From positions 1 through 44,255 of IMG/VR virus record IMGVR_UViG_3300027874_000157: 44,255 bases of DNA; one strand, 5' to 3'. The DNA is from a virus (Duplodnaviria > Caudoviricetes). The translations under genes and the position numbers were made by a program. Below, in pieces: positions 18,775-27,045 of this stretch (position 1 is its first letter; each line of letters starts with the position of its first letter). The notes below the pieces were generated by a model. The model searched no databases and had not been told where the DNA came from. It worked only from the letters and a program-made list of their open reading frames with translations.

Positions 18775-20906
18775 GCCGGTCCTCCACCGGGCATCGGCAG
18801 CGCATTGGCCGGTGGACCGGGCACGACCGGTGTGCCAGGAATGCCACCAGGCGGCATACCACCCGGCCCTGCGGCTCCGGGAGGCGGCGGCGCAATGGGC
18901 AGACCCTGGCCTGGGGATGGCACAGGGTTGGGCGGCATACCACCTGGGCCAGCGGCTGGCGGGGCGCCTGGCGTACCACCCGGAACACCCGTGGCGCCCG
19001 CGCCAGCCATCTCTTCGGGCGGCGGCATGCCCGCTGCGTTCATGCGCGCCGACCGGATCGTGGCAACCTTCTGGAAGATGGCGTTTTTCAGTTCGGCCTG
19101 GATCTCCTGGGAGTTCTTCAGGTCGTGCAGCAGCCAGCTTTTTTCGACTTCATCCGGATTGGAGCCAGCTGCCTCGACGGCATCCTCATACGAGATCAGC
19201 TTCAGCTGCATCTTTTCGCCAATCGAGCGGGTCTGGATGATCTCGTTGGATGGTGTGCTGGGCTCCAGGTGGGCCTCGTAGCGGTGGACTCCGTTCAGAT
19301 CATCCGGACCGATACCCAGCCACACCGCTTTGGTCTGGCCGCTGATAGTCTTTTTGCCCTTTTTGGCTTCCTGCTCACCCCAGGCGTACACCTTCTCACC
19401 GATGCGGTGCTCGATCATCCAGCTTTCAAAACCGGTCCGCTCGCCCAGCGCCACCTCGGCGTTTTTGACAATCGGATCCCAGCCCAACCTGGCTAGGTAG
19501 GCGGCCTGGTTGAGGGCATACCCGGACTGATCGCCACCCACCAGGCCCTGGACTACGGACGGCAAAGCCAACTCGAGCATGTTGCGCACATTCTCGATCA
19601 GCTTCTCGGCGTCCGCGCCGGACTTCGGCTGGTCGATGGGGTTGACGTCGAACGGGAAGATCTTGCCGGGCTCGACAACTTCGGCCTTTTTGCCCTCGCG
19701 CCCGTCAGTGCCGTACGGCATGGCTGGCAGTCCGGGGATGACACCCGGTGGAGTGGTCTTTTTGAACGCCGGATAGGCGGTCATGTACGCCGCCTGACCC
19801 TGCATCGTCAGCAGTGAATCCAGCAGAGGGAAGAGCCGAAGAAATCCAAAAAGAATGCTAAGACCAGCATGTTCAGGCAAACGACTCGCGGTAGTGATGC
19901 CGAGCGCATGAAAATACGGTCCGCGGAGCGTCTTGAGGATCGGGTCGCCATACGAATGCTTATTCACCCTGCACAATGTGGCTTTGCTCAAACCGTGGCT
20001 GGACTGATTGGGACCCTGCAAACAGATCACCTGGACCTGGTGATCCCAGGCTTCGATGCAGCGGATGGTGTTGGTACTGGCGCTTTTCATGACGCGGGTC
20101 CACTCCGCTCGAGCCAGTCCAGCTGAGCGGGGGTCCAGTCCACTCCAGGTGTGCGGATCGACCACATTGCCGCTGCTATCCAGTCCCGCACCGAAGCGCT
20201 CCAGGGCCGCGCTATACGGCACCTCTTTGATCTCCATGACCGCGGTCAATCCGTTTTCGTTTTTCTCGTAATAAAACGTTTCCGGTGGCACATCGGTGGA
20301 GCAAATGGGGTACGGCAGAGCCAGCTTGTAGTCTTCGGTTTTCTGGTTGTAGATGCGGTCCTTGGCGTCCTGGTCGAAAGTGTGCTCGTCATCCAGCTGC
20401 TGCTGGAGATCCTTGCTCTTTTCGTCGTAGTCGCCCCACACCGTTTTGGTGCGTTCGACGGTCTTCAGGATGCCCTCGCCCTTGACCACCAGGCTCCACA
20501 AAAACAGCCGCAGCAGCTGCCTGCGGGCTTCCTGCTCCTGGCGCAACCAGCTGCTTTCGAAGAATTTCTCACGCTGGGTGGAATTGGCCTGGTACACGTC
20601 GCCGAAACCAATCGGTTTGAAGACCACCGACATGGGATTGACGCTGAGCGCCGCGGTGACGGTGTTGGCGATGTGGAGTGCCAGGGGCGAGCGGACCTCG
20701 ATGGCGGTTTTACGGTACGCCTCGGGGATCTCGACGGGCAGATCCCCGAAGAGCACCGCATCGATGTCGCGGTACAGCTGGTCCCTGTCCGCGAACTGAC
20801 GCGTCAACTCCTGAGCCAACTCCAGGGTAGCCCGCTCGGCGGCGTCCTCCGGTTTGTTGGTCCCGAACCAACCAGCTGGAGCCCCGGAGACCGCGGCCAG
20901 GGCCAT
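18771..20906 (-). CDS. Portal protein
   Basis: ~711 aa from MALAAVSG; downstream of terL; SGYALNQ motif and Pro/Gly-rich tail as seen in podovirus portals. Confidence 0.8.
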   Translation of the reverse strand: MALAAVSGAPAGWFGTNKPEDAAERATLELAQELTRQFADRDQLYRDIDAVLFGDLPVEIPEAYRKTAIEVRSPLALHIANTVTAALSVNPMSVVFKPIGFGDVYQANSTQREKFFESSWLRQEQEARRQLLRLFLWSLVVKGEGILKTVERTKTVWGDYDEKSKDLQQQLDDEHTFDQDAKDRIYNQKTEDYKLALPYPICSTDVPPETFYYEKNENGLTAVMEIKEVPYSAALERFGAGLDSSGNVVDPHTWSGLDPRSAGLARAEWTRVMKSASTNTIRCIEAWDHQVQVICLQGPNQSSHGLSKATLCRVNKHSYGDPILKTLRGPYFHALGITTASRLPEHAGLSILFGFLRLFPLLDSLLTMQGQAAYMTAYPAFKKTTPPGVIPGLPAMPYGTDGREGKKAEVVEPGKIFPFDVNPIDQPKSGADAEKLIENVRNMLELALPSVVQGLVGGDQSGYALNQAAYLARLGWDPIVKNAEVALGERTGFESWMIEHRIGEKVYAWGEQEAKKGKKTISGQTKAVWLGIGPDDLNGVHRYEAHLEPSTPSNEIIQTRSIGEKMQLKLISYEDAVEAAGSNPDEVEKSWLLHDLKNSQEIQAELKNAIFQKVATIRSARMNAAGMPPPEEMAGAGATGVPGGTPGAPPAAGPGGMPPNPVPSPGQGLPIAPPPPGAAGPGGMPPGGIPGTPVVPGPPANALPMPGGGPA

Positions 20907-21157
20907 CAGAAGAGTCCCGTCAGGCGGTTGATGAAGGTCATGTCGATGGCGTCCAGAGCGTTGTCCAACTCCAGGATGGCGGTCTTGATGAGCGTCTCTT
21001 CGTCGGCGGTCATCTCGTACGGCGGCAGCTTGAGGTCGGCGGTAGCCAGCCAATCGCGGTCGTGGCCGATGGTCTCCTTGGTATCGGTGAAGTTGCGCAA
21101 GTGCTGACCGATGAAGGTGTTGACTTCGGCTGCGTTCGCGGGACTCGATCCAGCCAT
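20906..21157 (-). CDS. Putative fibre chaperone (paralog of 1889-2185)
   Basis: MAGSSPANAA... with GAGGAGG RBS; follows a fibre-like gene; sequence similar to 1889-2185. Confidence 0.6.
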   Translation of the reverse strand: MAGSSPANAAEVNTFIGQHLRNFTDTKETIGHDRDWLATADLKLPPYEMTADEETLIKTAILELDNALDAIDMTFINRLTGLF

Positions 21158-21167
21158 GTGGGCCTCC

Positions 21168-22037
21168 TCAATACGCCCGGTACGACAGGTTGCCCAGGTC
21201 GAACCACTGGCCGGCGGTGCCAGCCGTGCCGTTGGGTCCCATCCAGGGCGAGACAACGCCGCTGCCCCAGACGGTGATGCCGCCCTGGCCGTTACCGTTG
21301 GGGCCGTTCGAGTAGCAGCCGTAGTGGTGGTATCCGGGGCTGCCAGCCTCCATCGCGAGCGCGTAGCCCGCTGGCATGGTGAACGCCGCCGTGCCGTGCG
21401 TCCAGCCGCTGGGGCAATTCAGCAGTCCTCGAAAGCGCACGGTGCCGTCCGGTGTCTTCATGTACTGGCACGGTCCCCAACCGGCGATGGCACTGAAGCC
21501 ATTCTGGTAGGCGATGTTCTGCCACTCGGTCGGCAGTCTCAGGTGCGACCCGTCCCAGCCCCAGGACGGAGTCCCGCCACCATCCGCAAACAGATGCCAC
21601 CACGTACCGGCAACGGTCCCCACCATCGTCTGCCAGGTGCCTGCCACGAAGCGCACGAACGCGCCCGCCCCGGTGGCGGTCTGCGGTGTGCTGACCTCCA
21701 GCGCCGGCGTATAGGTCGGCCCCAGCCCGGCGTCGTAGGAGATCGTCTGCTTACCGCCATTGACCTGGAAGGTCCCGCCCTGCGGTTGGAGGGCAAGATT
21801 TTTGGCGTTGAGGTACAGGTCCCTCCACTGGCTGTTGGTGCGGTCGTACGAGTTGATATAGCCGTAATTGCCAGGCGGGTTGTAGTTCAACTCTAGCCCT
21901 ACGCCTGAAGGTGGGGTGGAGGAATCGGTCGCCCGCAGCCCGCCGGCGTCCATGCGCCCCTTGTGCGTCCACAAGCCGGAGGTGATCTGCTCGTAGCCGT
22001 TGGTGACTTCTCTGAAGTGCTGGGCGCTTACGACCAC
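21168..22037 (-). CDS. Second tail-fibre / receptor-binding-like protein inserted between terL and portal
   Basis: GTG at 22037 overlapping the terL end; C-terminal W..I.YQNG....QY.KT.DG.V.FRGL....AFTMPAGY motif typical of phage fibre tips. Confidence 0.7.
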   Translation of the reverse strand: MVVSAQHFREVTNGYEQITSGLWTHKGRMDAGGLRATDSSTPPSGVGLELNYNPPGNYGYINSYDRTNSQWRDLYLNAKNLALQPQGGTFQVNGGKQTISYDAGLGPTYTPALEVSTPQTATGAGAFVRFVAGTWQTMVGTVAGTWWHLFADGGGTPSWGWDGSHLRLPTEWQNIAYQNGFSAIAGWGPCQYMKTPDGTVRFRGLLNCPSGWTHGTAAFTMPAGYALAMEAGSPGYHHYGCYSNGPNGNGQGGITVWGSGVVSPWMGPNGTAGTAGQWFDLGNLSYRAY

Positions 22038-23320
22038 CGCACGTCCTCGACCAGGGTCGGCTGGGGTGGCTGGGCCTCCGCGCACAATCCGTAGCGGAGT
22101 GCGTCCGGGGCGTGGTCCTCGGTTTTCTGCCCGCTCAGCGCGTCGGCGACGTCCTCCGGATCGAGCGGGTCGTGGACCAGCGTGGGCAAGGTGCGGCACA
22201 GATTGGGAGCCCTGCCGCCGAGCACCCTTAGTCGCGGAGGTCCGCTGGAGTGGGATAGTGCTCGGCGGACGATGGCCCAGCCCTGCTTGCGGCTATTCAT
22301 GCCTGGATACACCGGCCACACGCCGTGCTCTGCGTATACGTGCGCAATCGACGGGCGCATCTGCTCGGTGCGCGCATTGAACATGGATGGATCCAGGATT
22401 CTGAGTGCGAGGACCTCGTCACCGGTGGCATTCACAATGGACTCGGCTTGTTGCTCGTCCCTGACCCCCGCGGCGTACAACTCCCTGTACACATAGATCG
22501 TGCGCGTCTCGGGTTCGCGGGCGTACCACAAACAACAAAACGGCGCGGCGAAGCCGTAGTCCACCGACAACCATCTGGGCCACTCATCCGGAATGGTGAA
22601 GTCCGCCACCACGTGCACGCTGGGATCCCACTCGGTGAAGTACATGCCCTCGGCGGCCACCCACAGCCCCAGCCGCAGCCGCTGGTACTGCCAACCGGTC
22701 AGCGAATCCAGCGCCTTCATGTACTCCTCCGTCAAGCTGGGATTGTCGGAGTGCTTTGACTCCAGCAGGATGGTGGCGCCGCTATCGCACCGCTTTTTCA
22801 GCCAGTGGTCGGGCGAGGAGGGGTTGCAGTCGGCGATGATCTGCTGATAGCCGAGCACGCCGTTACGCAAACCGCGCAGCAGCATGCCCCAGTCCTCGGC
22901 CTCGAGTTCGGTGGCTTCATTCACGTAGATCAAATCGAACTCGGTGGAGGCCAGCCGCTCGGCGTCATCCAGTCCAGCCAGGACGATGCGAGCCCCGGAC
23001 GGATAGCGGTACTCCTGGTCGCCGGTGTGAAACAGGACCGCATTGGGCTGGGGCAGGACCTTGGTCTCGAGGGTGACCATGGAGGACTGGGTGATGGACT
23101 TCCTGGTCTTCCTGACAATGGCGCAGCGGACCGGCAGCTGCATGCACACCAGGTTCAGCTTCTCGAGACACGCCCGCGACTTGCCGGTGCCGGCAGGTCC
23201 GGCCAGCAGCACCTCACGAGCGGTGCAGCGCATCAACTCCCTGGCCGCGCCAGATGGACGGTAGTGACGCTCCTGCTCAGTTGCAGAATCGCCCTTTTTG
23301 ACTTCAAGGGTGGCTGGCAA
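22028..23320 (-). CDS. terL: Terminase large subunit (PBSX-like, probably headful packaging)
   Basis: Walker A GPAGTGKS, Walker B IYVNEA, DCNP coupling motif, RNase H-fold SVDYG and DHAPDALRY. Confidence 0.95.
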   Translation of the reverse strand: MPATLEVKKGDSATEQERHYRPSGAARELMRCTAREVLLAGPAGTGKSRACLEKLNLVCMQLPVRCAIVRKTRKSITQSSMVTLETKVLPQPNAVLFHTGDQEYRYPSGARIVLAGLDDAERLASTEFDLIYVNEATELEAEDWGMLLRGLRNGVLGYQQIIADCNPSSPDHWLKKRCDSGATILLESKHSDNPSLTEEYMKALDSLTGWQYQRLRLGLWVAAEGMYFTEWDPSVHVVADFTIPDEWPRWLSVDYGFAAPFCCLWYAREPETRTIYVYRELYAAGVRDEQQAESIVNATGDEVLALRILDPSMFNARTEQMRPSIAHVYAEHGVWPVYPGMNSRKQGWAIVRRALSHSSGPPRLRVLGGRAPNLCRTLPTLVHDPLDPEDVADALSGQKTEDHAPDALRYGLCAEAQPPQPTLVEDVRWS

Positions 23321-23687
23321 GCGTCACAACTCCGTATTGTTTTTCAGACGTGGGTGTCACACTTTCAAAATTGGTCGGCGCAGCCCCTTGCAGTCTGAAC
23401 TTGGAGGGTGTTGACTCACCCGAACGCGCATCCTCTTCCCGGATGCCATCGCGGCTCAGCACGTACTTACGGCGTCTCGCAGAAGTCCAGTAGCGCGCCA
23501 GATCGCGCCGAGCCACCCACACCGCCGTCCGATGCCGCGGCTTGCAGTACTTGAACTGGACCCGACTCAGAGGCTTGCCGCACCAGCACTCCGGATAGTC
23601 ACCAGGTCGCATGGATTGTTTGCCAATGGCTATAGACATGGGGTTCCGCGGAGGCTGATAGCGAATGCTCGCCACTCTCGTAGCCAT
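23304..23687 (-). CDS. Hypothetical Zn-finger protein between terS and terL
   Basis: CWCGKPL...YCKPRH motif; ATG lies inside the TAGCCATTGGCTA palindrome. Confidence 0.5.
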   Translation of the reverse strand: MATRVASIRYQPPRNPMSIAIGKQSMRPGDYPECWCGKPLSRVQFKYCKPRHRTAVWVARRDLARYWTSARRRKYVLSRDGIREEDARSGESTPSKFRLQGAAPTNFESVTPTSEKQYGVVTLASHP

Positions 23688-23693
23688 TGGCTA
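23681..23693. promoter_or_regulatory. Operator-like palindrome TAGCCAWTGGCTA, second copy (1-mismatch copy at 23620-23632)
   Basis: Same 13-bp palindrome as 24678-24690. Confidence 0.6.
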
Positions 23694-23910
23694 ACCCACT
23701 TGGGCCCCAACTGGGAATTTTGGTGCGTGGATAACCACAACGTGGGGGTTGCCGGGCCAGGGGGGCATGTGGCACCCGTCCCCTACCTCTCCGCGCCTGA
23801 GCGCCCGCGGACGCGTTCCTTCTCCCGCCGCGGCGCAAGGCCAGACATACACCCGCTGGAAGTTCAGCCGCATCTCAGACCAGCCTTCAGCTGAACTGGG
23901 CGGCCCGAGA

Positions 23911-23930
23911 TTGTTACCTCGGTTGTCACC
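23911..23930 (-). repeat. GGTRACAA-N4-GGTRACAA direct-repeat pair
   Basis: TTGTTACC-tcgg-TTGTCACC; same motif and 12-bp period as the pairs at 41124-41143 and 41290-41309. Confidence 0.6.
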
Positions 23931-24575
23931 TTAGGCTCCGGCAGGAGCGGGCAGGCCGAGAACCTCGGCAGGATCGAATCCCTCGACAGCCTTGATCACC
24001 TGGTTGATCGTGATCAGGCTGTTGTCGCGGTAGCGCTCTGGCGCCTTGGCCCGCAGGAGCAGCATCAGCAGGTTGTCCGAGTACTCGGTGCGGATGTCCT
24101 CACCCACCATTTCGCCGTGCCAGAACTTGCGGGAGCGCACCACCGTACCTTCGACGGCTCGCCGCATCGCTTCTCGCTCCAGCTTCTCGAGTACCGCCTG
24201 CTCGGCCTGCCGATAGCCCTCTGCGAACTCGGCGTCCTTCTCAATCGCGTGCTGCACCGCCTGGTAGCTGAGGCCGGCCAGGCGAGCGCACTCAACCATC
24301 GTGCCGCGCTCTGCGTACTCGGCCAGAAAGCGCTCCTTCGCCTCGCTCAGCTGCCACAGGGGACGGTAGTTCGTAGTCTGGTTCAGCCCCGTGGCAGAAC
24401 CCGTGCGAGATGCCAGGCGGCCCCTGCGATCTGAACGGTGATTCGGCTTGGGCTTCGGCTCGGGCTGAGGAGCCAGCGGCACGCTCTCGAAGCCTACGGG
24501 TCGGTACTGGGCCATCTCGGGCGCCAGCTGCTCGGCTGCGCGCTCCCGAGTCCACCGCTCAACCTTCTTGCCCAT
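23931..24575 (-). CDS. terS: Terminase small subunit
   Basis: HTH, then LEREAMRRAVEG...EYSDNLLMLLL.A..PERYRD, a common terS signature; upstream of terL. Confidence 0.85.
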   Translation of the reverse strand: MGKKVERWTRERAAEQLAPEMAQYRPVGFESVPLAPQPEPKPKPNHRSDRRGRLASRTGSATGLNQTTNYRPLWQLSEAKERFLAEYAERGTMVECARLAGLSYQAVQHAIEKDAEFAEGYRQAEQAVLEKLEREAMRRAVEGTVVRSRKFWHGEMVGEDIRTEYSDNLLMLLLRAKAPERYRDNSLITINQVIKAVEGFDPAEVLGLPAPAGA

Positions 24576-24665
24576 CCCGCCCGCCAGTTTTGCAGAATCC
24601 CTCTTTTCAGTTCAGTTTGTGACGCGTTTGTTATATCGGCCATCTCAGCGGACAGCCCCGTTTTG

Positions 24666-24694
24666 TTGGCACTTTTGTAGCCAATGGCTATTGT
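24666..24694 (+). promoter_or_regulatory. Sigma70-type promoter of the rightward operon with a palindromic operator in its spacer
   Basis: -35 TTGGCA (24666-71), 17-bp spacer, -10 TATTGT (24689-94); TAGCCAATGGCTA at 24678-90. Confidence 0.7.
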
Positions 24695-24701
24695 GTCGGC
24701 A

Positions 24702-24743
24702 CGTCGCAGCGATGCGGCGGACGGCACCTGAACAACCGAAAAG
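24702..24743 (+). promoter_or_regulatory. rrn-leader-like antitermination element (boxB-like GNRA hairpin + boxA-like sequence)
   Basis: Hairpin CGTCGCA-GCGA-TGCGGCG (24702-19) followed by GCACCTGAACAACCGAA (24724-40). Confidence 0.45.
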
Positions 24744-25040
24744 CGAGCGCAGGCCCCTCGGCCTGGTTGAGCCAGCTGGCTCCCACCGAGTGACGCGCCC
24801 CGTTCGCTGCCGAGCCCAGGAGCACCTGGGTCGGTCTCCCCGAGGAGATGCACATTGGACGGTGCGGAGCATCGCCCAGCCAACCCTGACGCAGTGGAAA
24901 ACACCCAGCAAGAGCGGCTCACGAGACAGCGTGAGCGTCGAAGTACACGAGGCGGGCCAGGAGCGCTGAGCATGAGCCGGAACACCTGAGGCTCAGCCGA
25001 GATTGAGCCAGCTTGCAGGGTTGAAAGCCCTGCATCTCGG
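24742..25040 (+). ncRNA. Highly structured non-coding leader / candidate ncRNA
   Basis: Consecutive stems: AGCGAGCG/CGTTCGCT, CAGGCC/GGCCTG, CCCAGG/CCTGGG, TCTCC/GGAGA, GCTCACG/CGTGAGC, GCTGAGC/GCTCAGC, CCGAGA..TGCAGGG/CCCTGCA.TCTCGG; several contain G-U pairs; no convincing ORF. Confidence 0.55.
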
Positions 25041-25043
25041 AAG

Positions 25044-25101
25044 GACGAAACGCCATGTGCGTCTGTCAGGGCTGACCGCCTGGCACCGATGAGTCAGGTC
25101 A
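25044..25101 (+). ncRNA. Hammerhead ribozyme 1 (type II, CCGAUGA core variant, pseudoknot)
   Basis: GAC-GAAA-CGC(catgt)GCG-TC^-TGTCAGG(gctgaccg)CCTGGCA-CCGATGA-GTC; loop TGACC pairs with 3' GGTCA (25097-25101); predicted cut after C25063. Confidence 0.85.
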
Positions 25102-25118
25102 CCACGAGGAGCAATCTC

Positions 25119-25340
25119 ATGGAACGCAATCACTCTCTTGTCCGCGTCTACCGCGTCGAGGACGTCACTGCCGCCACCGTCATCATCCGCCGCGACGGCA
25201 GCGTCAGCGCTCGGCCCGATTCGACCGACACCTACACCTTCGAGTGGCGCCAGTACGGTCGCGCCGAGACCGCCGCGTACCTTCGCTGCGCTCGAGCCAA
25301 CGGCTGCACCGTCTACCGCCAGCTGGTGGCAGGCCGATGA
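25119..25340 (+). CDS. Hypothetical protein, first gene of the ribozyme operon
   Basis: MERNHSLVRVYRVEDV...; GAGGAGCAATCTC-ATG initiation motif. Confidence 0.75.
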   Translation: MERNHSLVRVYRVEDVTAATVIIRRDGSVSARPDSTDTYTFEWRQYGRAETAAYLRCARANGCTVYRQLVAGR

Positions 25341-25495
25341 GCCTGCCCAAGTGGCTGCGCCCGTGCCGCTACTGCGGTGAGCACATCGAGTACGACCAGC
25401 TGCTCAACCTGCGCTCGGGCAAAGTCGCCCACATCGAATGTTTCCGCGAGGCGGCCCGCCGCTTCACCCCAGCCCCGAAGGAGCAATCTTCATGA
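25337..25495 (+). CDS. Small Zn-finger protein
   Basis: MSLPKWLRPCRYC...HIEC; ATGA-coupled at both ends. Confidence 0.7.
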   Translation: MSLPKWLRPCRYCGEHIEYDQLLNLRSGKVAHIECFREAARRFTPAPKEQSS

Positions 25496-26814
25496 GCACC
25501 ACTGCCACGGGCAAGACCGCCCGATACCTGGCCTGCCTGCGGCTGGGCACCCACAAGGGTGCTCGGCGGGTCTGGCTCCAGGGCAACCGCCTGCAAGCCA
25601 CCGGCTTTTTGAAAGGCGCCCGCTACTCGGCCCGCACCACGGCTGGGGTGCTGCGCATCCGCCTGTCTGCCACGGGCGATCACAAGGTCAGCCACAAGCC
25701 CAGCGGCGCGCCGGTCATCGACCTGCTCACCCGAGGCCTGGGCGACATCGACCTGGTCGAAGTCCGCTTCTACCGCGGTGAGATCACCGTCACCGTCGAC
25801 CCGACCGACCCACGCGCTCGCCTGGTCCGTCTGAATGCCCGCCTGGCAGCGGGTCAGCCCGTCCGACTCGGCTCCCTGTCGCACGGCGGCGGCGTCGCCT
25901 CCGAAGCCATCCTGCGCGGCCTGAAGGCAGCGGGGCACAAGGCGCAGCTGTCCTTCGCCAACGACATCTCTAACGACTACCTCGACCAGGCGCGGGCGCA
26001 CAACCCGGCCTGGTCGGCGTCGACGCTGGCGGTTGAGGCCGACCTGGGCGACATCAACCCAGCCTCGCTGCCCGAGTGCGACGTCCTCGAAGGCGGCCTG
26101 CCGTGCGTCGCCGCGAGCCGCGCCGGCAGGAGCAAGAAGCACCTGGGCCGCCCCGAAGAGGACGTCCAGGTGGCCGACCTGGCAGCTGCCTTCTGCGAGG
26201 TCATCCGCGTCCTGCAACCCGCCGCCATCGTGCTGGAGAACGTGCCCGAGTACGCCGACTCGGCGTCCGCCGACCTGATCCGCCGCCGCCTGGGGCGCTG
26301 GGGCTACGTCATCCACGAGCGCGTCCTCGACGGCGCCGAGTGGTCGCTCGAGGCGAGATCACGCTGGATCATGGTGGCGACCACCCGTGGCCTGGACATC
26401 GACCTGGACGCACTGGTCGGAGTGCGCGAGCACACCAGCCTGGGCGAGGTCCTGGACAAGCGCACCCCAGCTGAGGACTGGCACACCTTCGCCCACCTGG
26501 ACCGCAAGTCGGCTCGGGACGCGGCGAAGGGCAACAAGTTCCAGCAGCGGCTGCTGTCGGCGTCCTCCACCTCGGTGCCCACGCTGCGGCGCGGCTACCA
26601 GAAGGGCGGCTCCACCGACCCGCGCCTGGCCCACCCGACCAGGCCGGGCCTGAGCCGCCTGCTGAGCCCTGCCGAGCACGCTCGGATCAAGGGCATCCCC
26701 GCTCAGCTGATCAAGGGTCTGCCCAAAACGACAGCCCACGAGATCCTGGGCCAATCGGTCATCAGCCCCGCGTTCGCTGCCCTCGGCTCCCTGGTCGGGG
26801 CAGCGCTCGCCTAG
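25492..26814 (+). CDS. C5-cytosine DNA methyltransferase with an extra N-terminal (AbrB/SymE-like) domain
   Basis: Motif I variant SLSHGGG, motif IV GGLPC, VI LENV, VIII variant EARSR, IX RLLSPAEHARIKG, X LGQSV; ~105-aa N-terminal extension containing VWLQGNRL..TGF..G. Confidence 0.9.
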   Translation: MSTTATGKTARYLACLRLGTHKGARRVWLQGNRLQATGFLKGARYSARTTAGVLRIRLSATGDHKVSHKPSGAPVIDLLTRGLGDIDLVEVRFYRGEITVTVDPTDPRARLVRLNARLAAGQPVRLGSLSHGGGVASEAILRGLKAAGHKAQLSFANDISNDYLDQARAHNPAWSASTLAVEADLGDINPASLPECDVLEGGLPCVAASRAGRSKKHLGRPEEDVQVADLAAAFCEVIRVLQPAAIVLENVPEYADSASADLIRRRLGRWGYVIHERVLDGAEWSLEARSRWIMVATTRGLDIDLDALVGVREHTSLGEVLDKRTPAEDWHTFAHLDRKSARDAAKGNKFQQRLLSASSTSVPTLRRGYQKGGSTDPRLAHPTRPGLSRLLSPAEHARIKGIPAQLIKGLPKTTAHEILGQSVISPAFAALGSLVGAALA

Positions 26815-26832
26815 TTCGAGAGGAGCAATCTC

Positions 26833-27045
26833 ATGAACAACCAAACCGCCTCCATCCGCTTCCGCGACCTTTCCGTTGGCGACACCTTCGACTTCATCGA
26901 TGACAGCCGACCTGGCTACAACAGCTTCTTTTCCCGCTGCATGAAGACCAGCAGTCGCATGTACGCCAGCCAGGACCACCCAACCTACCGCTATCGCGTT
27001 GGGTCGATCAACGTCGAGGTGTTCCATGTGGAGCGGGCGTCATGA
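26833..27045 (+). CDS. Hypothetical protein (70 aa)
   Basis: FRDLSVGDTF motif; GAGGAGCAATCTC-ATG. Confidence 0.8.
   Translation: MNNQTASIRFRDLSVGDTFDFIDDSRPGYNSFFSRCMKTSSRMYASQDHPTYRYRVGSINVEVFHVERAS

Noticed and set aside
16601-19496. Long plus-strand ORFs (584 aa, 495 aa and similar ones throughout the late region)
   Set aside because: Antisense shadows of high-GC minus-strand genes; R/G/A-rich, no motifs, no RBS.
24742-25043. phi29-type packaging pRNA
   Set aside because: Proximity to terS and kissing potential are suggestive, but this phage has a conventional terS/terL motor and I see no pRNA sequence similarity; kept only as an unknown ncRNA.
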